The translations under genes were made by a program, and so were the position numbers. A DNA stretch of 64,000 nt from the IMG/VR virus record IMGVR_UViG_3300020166_000747. The stretch is one strand, 5' to 3'. Of this stretch, positions 59,593-64,000 are shown one piece after another (within the stretch, counting starts at the first letter, position 1; the number at the start of each line of letters is the position of its first letter). Under the pieces are notes generated by a model. The model worked only from the letters and a program-made list of their open reading frames with translations, searched no databases and was not told the DNA's origin. Source of the DNA: a virus.

Positions 59593-60455
59593 AGTGTTTC
59601 TCCTAGTTCTAACATCATATCAACATTACGTTCAATCGCACGTTTATTCATAATATGTAAATCTGTATTAGTGAAGCGGGACAACAAGTGTTCTTCGATT
59701 GTTTCTGCTTTAGCACAATACATGATAACATCATTCGCACTATTTACCCTAAAGATATCATCTAAGTCAAACGAGTTGTTAAGATAGTCTATAGGAAGTG
59801 ACGGCGCACTAAATGCTACATTTCCGTTTAACATGTGCAATGCAATTGCAAATGCAAAATCGTTTCTAAACAGATTACCAGAGCAATTGTATAGAGCATA
59901 ATAGTATTTGTAGTTGTACTTGATATGTGTGATTAGATTGAACAAGTTTTCTGCGAACTCGCTCTTTCTAAAGAAGAACACAGTCGCCCAACACATTGGA
60001 ATAGTAAAATCATCAATATAGGAAACATTACCGCCATGTCTACCAGCAATGTCCCTATATTGATAATTAATCATGAAGTCATTCTCGCTTCCCCATACCT
60101 GGTCAAGTGTGTCACTCATTATAAAGTAATCACAGTCAATGACCAATGTTTCTTCATATGGTGAAAGTTCATATACTTCACTGCGTCCCATATTTTTAAA
60201 GGATGCATACTCAGGACTGTTCGCAGTATCTTTGAACAGTCTAGTATTCTCTGGTTGAAAGTTATCTGAAATAATAGTTCTATCAAAATATTGCTTGATT
60301 AGTTCCGGATGTTCATCTGCCGAGGCGCTATCTGTAACGAGACAAATTTCGTCAAATTCACTAAGATTTTTCCTAGCATAACCAGCACTTGCACATGCAA
60401 TCTTCACATAATCAACGTAACCATTATTTCTTGCAAAAAGAATAATACCGCGCAT
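59589..60455 (-). CDS. GT-A glycosyltransferase-like protein (paralog of 58735-59592)
   Basis: SPYEETLVIDCD (DxD), FFRK, FRNDFAF, HIMNK. Confidence 0.7.
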   Translation of the reverse strand: MRGIILFARNNGYVDYVKIACASAGYARKNLSEFDEICLVTDSASADEHPELIKQYFDRTIISDNFQPENTRLFKDTANSPEYASFKNMGRSEVYELSPYEETLVIDCDYFIMSDTLDQVWGSENDFMINYQYRDIAGRHGGNVSYIDDFTIPMCWATVFFFRKSEFAENLFNLITHIKYNYKYYYALYNCSGNLFRNDFAFAIALHMLNGNVAFSAPSLPIDYLNNSFDLDDIFRVNSANDVIMYCAKAETIEEHLLSRFTNTDLHIMNKRAIERNVDMMLELGETL

Positions 60456-60835
60456 TAGATTTCAAGTACCTTTTCAATCTTGCGTGAACTACGCAATTTT
60501 TGATAGTCATTGTAGTACTCATTGATTACTTCGAAGTAAAGACTGCTAATATCTTCTAAAAACTTTTCAGTGTCATCAATTTGGATTGGAATATCATTCT
60601 TGTCCAATAAAATTAGACTTGTCTTACCAGATACAACAGCCATATTTACAAAAGCAATAAGCTCCTGTGATACGCGGAATGTACCGCCATTAGTGCTGTG
60701 TGACAATAGGTTTTGTGTCTTGACTTTAAGATTATTCTTAGCCAAGTTAAATGTTTGCATTGTGTTTGAAAAGTCCAGTGCTTTAGCAAGACGTTCTTGT
60801 TCAGCACTAGAGGAATTGATAGTTTCGTTTGACAT
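60455..60835 (-). CDS. Hypothetical protein
   Basis: 126-aa ORF, AGGAGA RBS, first gene after the sigma70 promoter. Confidence 0.75.
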   Translation of the reverse strand: MSNETINSSSAEQERLAKALDFSNTMQTFNLAKNNLKVKTQNLLSHSTNGGTFRVSQELIAFVNMAVVSGKTSLILLDKNDIPIQIDDTEKFLEDISSLYFEVINEYYNDYQKLRSSRKIEKVLEI

Positions 60836-60859
60836 GGTTATTCTCCTAATATTACTTCT

Positions 60860-60888
60860 ATTATATAGAAATATTAGAGAAATGTCAA
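60860..60888 (-). promoter_or_regulatory. Consensus sigma70 promoter heading the GT/radical SAM operon
   Basis: Minus strand TTGACA (60888-60883)-17 nt-TATAAT (60865-60860). Confidence 0.85.
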
Positions 60889-60891
60889 GTG

Positions 60892-61866
60892 TTAAAGTTC
60901 AGAAATATGAGAATATGTCGGAGTTGGAGTAACAACACCTAATCCAGATACATCATTATCATCTGCACGTTGTTGATCAATCGTTACAGTAAGTGTGCCT
61001 TCTGTATAGTCAGTGCCTGTCCAAGTGCCACCACCGTCATTTGTCCATGTACCTGTATCAGATACGTGACCATCATTGTATTCAATCTTAACATCAATCG
61101 CAGAACCATTTGTTTTCGCATACACATTAAGTTGGTTTTGTACATAATCACCAATGCCACCTTTTGTATACACAAGCGCATATGTTGCAGTTAGACCAGT
61201 AAATCCTACACCCGGAGTACCAACACTTGCTGAACTTTCTGTAGAATTATTTGATAATTTAACAGTTGCAATATCTGTTAATAAATCCGCCCATGCATCA
61301 CTTTGTGCATGTGATATATCATAACCTGTTAATTCAGTTGATATACGAATTTCACCACCTGAGTTAAAGAAGTTACGCATTGCATCTGTATCTGAGAATG
61401 TAGTTTTGAATTCGTAATTTTGTGGGTTATTTGAATTATCCCAATGATTACCTGTTGATCCAGGATCTACGAATGTCTTTGATGACGAAATTTTGTTTGT
61501 CTCAAGCGTCATCAAAGAGATGTCGTAGTTTAGTTTATTAGCACGAACACTAGTAATATCATTTTCTAGGTCTGGAATTAACTGAATGATTTTGTTTGGT
61601 GCTGGGAAATCTGAGTCACTAGTACTAGCCGGAATATTAATAGCTGTTGATTGGTGTTGAGCGGCGAACTTAATAGATGTTAATAGTTCATCCCAATTCG
61701 CCGCCCGTACTTTTGAACCAGCGGTCACAAGAGTTACCAGTAGCTGTGATTGGCCATAACCCGAATCACCTGCCCCTAATCCAACAATCTCATTAATATC
61801 ATTTGCGAAACCGTTGAAATCAGATGCCCTGATTTTGCCTCCCAGATAGTAACTTTGTGGTGCCAT
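60892..61866 (-). CDS. Putative virion structural protein
   Basis: S/T/G/D-rich, Cys-free; GYGQ, FFNSGGEIR motif shared with neighbour. Confidence 0.6.
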   Translation of the reverse strand: MAPQSYYLGGKIRASDFNGFANDINEIVGLGAGDSGYGQSQLLVTLVTAGSKVRAANWDELLTSIKFAAQHQSTAINIPASTSDSDFPAPNKIIQLIPDLENDITSVRANKLNYDISLMTLETNKISSSKTFVDPGSTGNHWDNSNNPQNYEFKTTFSDTDAMRNFFNSGGEIRISTELTGYDISHAQSDAWADLLTDIATVKLSNNSTESSASVGTPGVGFTGLTATYALVYTKGGIGDYVQNQLNVYAKTNGSAIDVKIEYNDGHVSDTGTWTNDGGGTWTGTDYTEGTLTVTIDQQRADDNDVSGLGVVTPTPTYSHISEL

Positions 61867-61890
61867 TTAATTTGTCCTCAGTGTATTATT

Positions 61891-62808
61891 TTATAATGTA
61901 TTTGTTACTGTACATGTTGGGTTAGTCAATACCACCGAACCACTTGCATTCGATAATTTTAGTGAAGAAACATTTACAGTTGATGTACCTGCCACGCTAT
62001 CTGCACCAGTCCAAGACCAAGCACCGCCATAACCAGAGCCTGAACCAGTACGTGCAACGTGTGCGTCTACTAGACGTACTGTGATGTAAAGGTCTGAACC
62101 AGAAATGTAAGCTGAAATGTCTGCATAGTTTGATGAATAATCACCGTCGTCTGCATACTCACGTTTTACATAAGCGTTTGATGATGTTAAGTCTGAGTAC
62201 TTCTTACGTGTTGATGTATCAATGTTAGTTGAATCTGTCGCACGAACCGAGAAACGATATGTTCCCATTTCACCTGTAAGTTGTTCCCATGAAGTGCCTT
62301 GTTGGTTACCTGTTGGATCATCGTGTGACATTGAAACGCGAATTTCACCGCCAGCAGCGAACCAGGCATGCATATTAGTTGTTGAACCGAAAGCTACTTT
62401 CGTTACTGTATCACGTGTGCCGTTCCAGTTTGAAACAGTTTGCGTTGTTTCTGTTGCAGTTGTTGTGTCCCAACCTGATGAATAGCTCCATGGTGAGTTG
62501 AAACGTGTGTTAATATCGCTTTCAAATGTTGCCGCGGCGCCCGCATAGTGTGACCATGCAACGACTGTGCCTGCATTTACTGCTGTAAATGGGTTTGTAA
62601 TATTATAATAGTTTGAAATTTTTGCTGCTGCCGAGTAAAGTGAATCGAAGTATGCATCATCGATTAAATCACCTGTACTTGGGTTAGCAGCAATTGTGTG
62701 ACCTTGGTTGTAACCACCTGCTACACCTGTTCCGTTAAGAATAGTGTTCATTTTGGTACGTAGGCTTGCAAATGGGTCATTTGCATTAATTGTATCTCCT
62801 ACAGCCAT
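61891..62808 (-). CDS. Putative virion structural protein (paralog)
   Basis: S/T/G-rich; GYNQ, WFAAGGEIR; AGGAG RBS. Confidence 0.6.
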   Translation of the reverse strand: MAVGDTINANDPFASLRTKMNTILNGTGVAGGYNQGHTIAANPSTGDLIDDAYFDSLYSAAAKISNYYNITNPFTAVNAGTVVAWSHYAGAAATFESDINTRFNSPWSYSSGWDTTTATETTQTVSNWNGTRDTVTKVAFGSTTNMHAWFAAGGEIRVSMSHDDPTGNQQGTSWEQLTGEMGTYRFSVRATDSTNIDTSTRKKYSDLTSSNAYVKREYADDGDYSSNYADISAYISGSDLYITVRLVDAHVARTGSGSGYGGAWSWTGADSVAGTSTVNVSSLKLSNASGSVVLTNPTCTVTNTL

Positions 62809-62885
62809 ATTTTTGCTCCTAAGTTGACTAGTCGTTTAGTTGGCTTACGCCTTTAAAAACCAAGAAAGATTTTCCGGATTCTTTC

Positions 62886-63548
62886 TTAATTAATTTGTAT
62901 TGTAACCGTATAATCGATTACGATTGTTCTATTCGCCGATAGTAACACTGGATGGAAAGTCACATGTGTTAGCATCAATGTTTTATCCTCGTCCAAATCC
63001 GACCAATCGTTTGTATCAGTAATCAAATTGCCAGATAGTAGTGCAATTTCATCAAACGTGAAAGTCTTTGATACTGTTGAATCGTTTTCTGGAACTGTTT
63101 CGTTATTCATATCAGCATATTGCTGATGATCCATTTCTACTCTAAAATTAATCTTTGATGTATTATCAGGAACAATTTCGCCCTCTCCCATGTCTTGACC
63201 TGGGAAGTAGACTGTGTTCTCTGTTCTTTGTTGATACTTTTTAGCGTATAATGTTGAATTACTTGAAGTGATAGGTAGTTGGTCGTAAATACCAAATACT
63301 CTAGGAGAGCGATATGAAAGTGTTGTAGTTGAACTACTACCACCGTTACCGAATGCCATCCAATTTACAAAAGGTGCAGTGCCGCCAGTATTCACATCAA
63401 CTGCGGATCCCGCTAATGCACTTGCAAGTACATATGCCATATTACCTGGGTGAATGGCATTTCTCTTTTGTACAAGAATGTCACCACTATCTTTATCAAA
63501 GATTTTAAGTGTGCCGATAACTTGTGATTTAATATCTTCGTTAAACAT
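62886..63548 (-). CDS. Putative baseplate/tail-associated structural protein
   Basis: KRNAIH..FGNGG..FTFDEIAL..LTHVTFHPV..NR..IDYTV pattern recalls tail-collar/baseplate-type proteins; start 63548. Confidence 0.55.
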   Translation of the reverse strand: MFNEDIKSQVIGTLKIFDKDSGDILVQKRNAIHPGNMAYVLASALAGSAVDVNTGGTAPFVNWMAFGNGGSSSTTTLSYRSPRVFGIYDQLPITSSNSTLYAKKYQQRTENTVYFPGQDMGEGEIVPDNTSKINFRVEMDHQQYADMNNETVPENDSTVSKTFTFDEIALLSGNLITDTNDWSDLDEDKTLMLTHVTFHPVLLSANRTIVIDYTVTIQIN

Positions 63549-63576
63549 TCGTATCTCTCTTTTCAAATTCTAAGTA

Positions 63577-63584
63577 TATTTATC
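63577..63584 (-). promoter_or_regulatory. Late promoter box GATAAATA
   Basis: Intergenic, upstream of a putative structural gene. Confidence 0.55.
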
Positions 63585-63606
63585 ATTTTAACTGATATGT
63601 CTTTTA

Positions 63607-63999
63607 TTATGTGTCCTCATGAGAATAAATCTGATCAGGTGCCCCCAATACATAAATTGTATTGCCATTATCTACACTTGTAGCAACGCCATTGTACACC
63701 CCACGCTCTGAAATTCTCAGATTATTTGTAGATTTGCTATCATACACCATAAACTCTACGTTTCCATTTGCATCCTCGACGGCAACTAAACGTATAGTTT
63801 TAGATTTTGCCGCTTTGAATTTAGATGCTTGGTTAACAACTAGAGTTTCGCCATCGAATGATGAAATTGTACCACTGTCTGTTACAGGAATATGATATCC
63901 TCTTCCAAATTTATCATACACGTAAAACTCTTTTCTGTCAAGTGTCGTCCTTGTCTCATCTGTAAATGTATCTACTGTTACGATTGAAGCGTCTCTCGC
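63607..63999 (-). CDS. C-terminal fragment of a larger (probably structural) protein
   Basis: Frame is open to the window edge (ARDASIVTVDTF...YSHEDT). Confidence 0.6.
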   Translation of the reverse strand, partial: ARDASIVTVDTFTDETRTTLDRKEFYVYDKFGRGYHIPVTDSGTISSFDGETLVVNQASKFKAAKSKTIRLVAVEDANGNVEFMVYDSKSTNNLRISERGVYNGVATSVDNGNTIYVLGAPDQIYSHEDT

Positions 64000-64000
64000 T

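Noticed and set aside
8371-60455. Bacterial LPS/capsule locus rather than phage DNA
   Set aside because: No Wzx/Wzy/ABC export genes; T4-like late boxes, phage-style small early ORFs, folA-thyA coupling and structural-type genes point to a phage
1152-63895. Many antisense or alternate-frame ORFs in the track (e.g. 1152-1652, 16289-16693, 20653-21144, 21652-22299, 45400-45792)
   Set aside because: They lie within motif-bearing genes on the other strand or frame, lack RBS and motifs, and read as codon-bias shadows
1-64000. CRISPR array, tRNA/rRNA genes, IS elements, integrase
   Set aside because: Intergenic gaps are short (about 120 nt or less) and show no spaced direct repeats or cloverleafs; no transposase or integrase motifs seen
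1-64000. Stop-codon reassignment as in some large phages
   Set aside because: Genes are full length under the standard code, and TAA, TGA and TAG all terminate genes at tight junctions

Overview
AT-rich, gene-dense 64 kb segment that reads as a large lytic dsDNA phage (T4-like/jumbo myovirus style, standard genetic code; promoter and protein clues suggest an alphaproteobacterial host, which is inference). From left to right: a halogenase-GNAT-FabF-desaturase-AhpD-like operon; early and nucleotide-metabolism genes (vWA/HExxH protein, HNH, MazG-like, folA, thyA); then a ~52 kb modification island; then virion structural genes at the right end. The island encodes 14 radical SAM enzymes (8 with an N-terminal twitch-type Cys domain), several glycosyltransferase-like proteins including a 1506-aa tandem-repeat protein, two methyltransferase-like proteins, a carbamoyltransferase with an unlisted 37-aa partner ORF, a QueC-like ATPase, three 2OG-Fe(II)-type oxygenases, four SGNH-like proteins, an acyl carrier protein, a UDP-sugar dehydrogenase, and a RuBisCO-like protein in an operon with nucleotidyltransferase/HAD/GDPD genes. 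Best hypothesis: a phage-encoded pathway that builds a heavily tailored glycan or acyl-glycan on a cytoplasmic substrate, such as virion proteins. Two promoter classes are visible: sigma70-type early promoters (some carrying CGAATCR) and NATAAATA late boxes, four of which lie exactly 5 nt before an ATG. No tRNA, rRNA, CRISPR or IS element was seen. All protein calls are from motif recognition by eye, not database searches.
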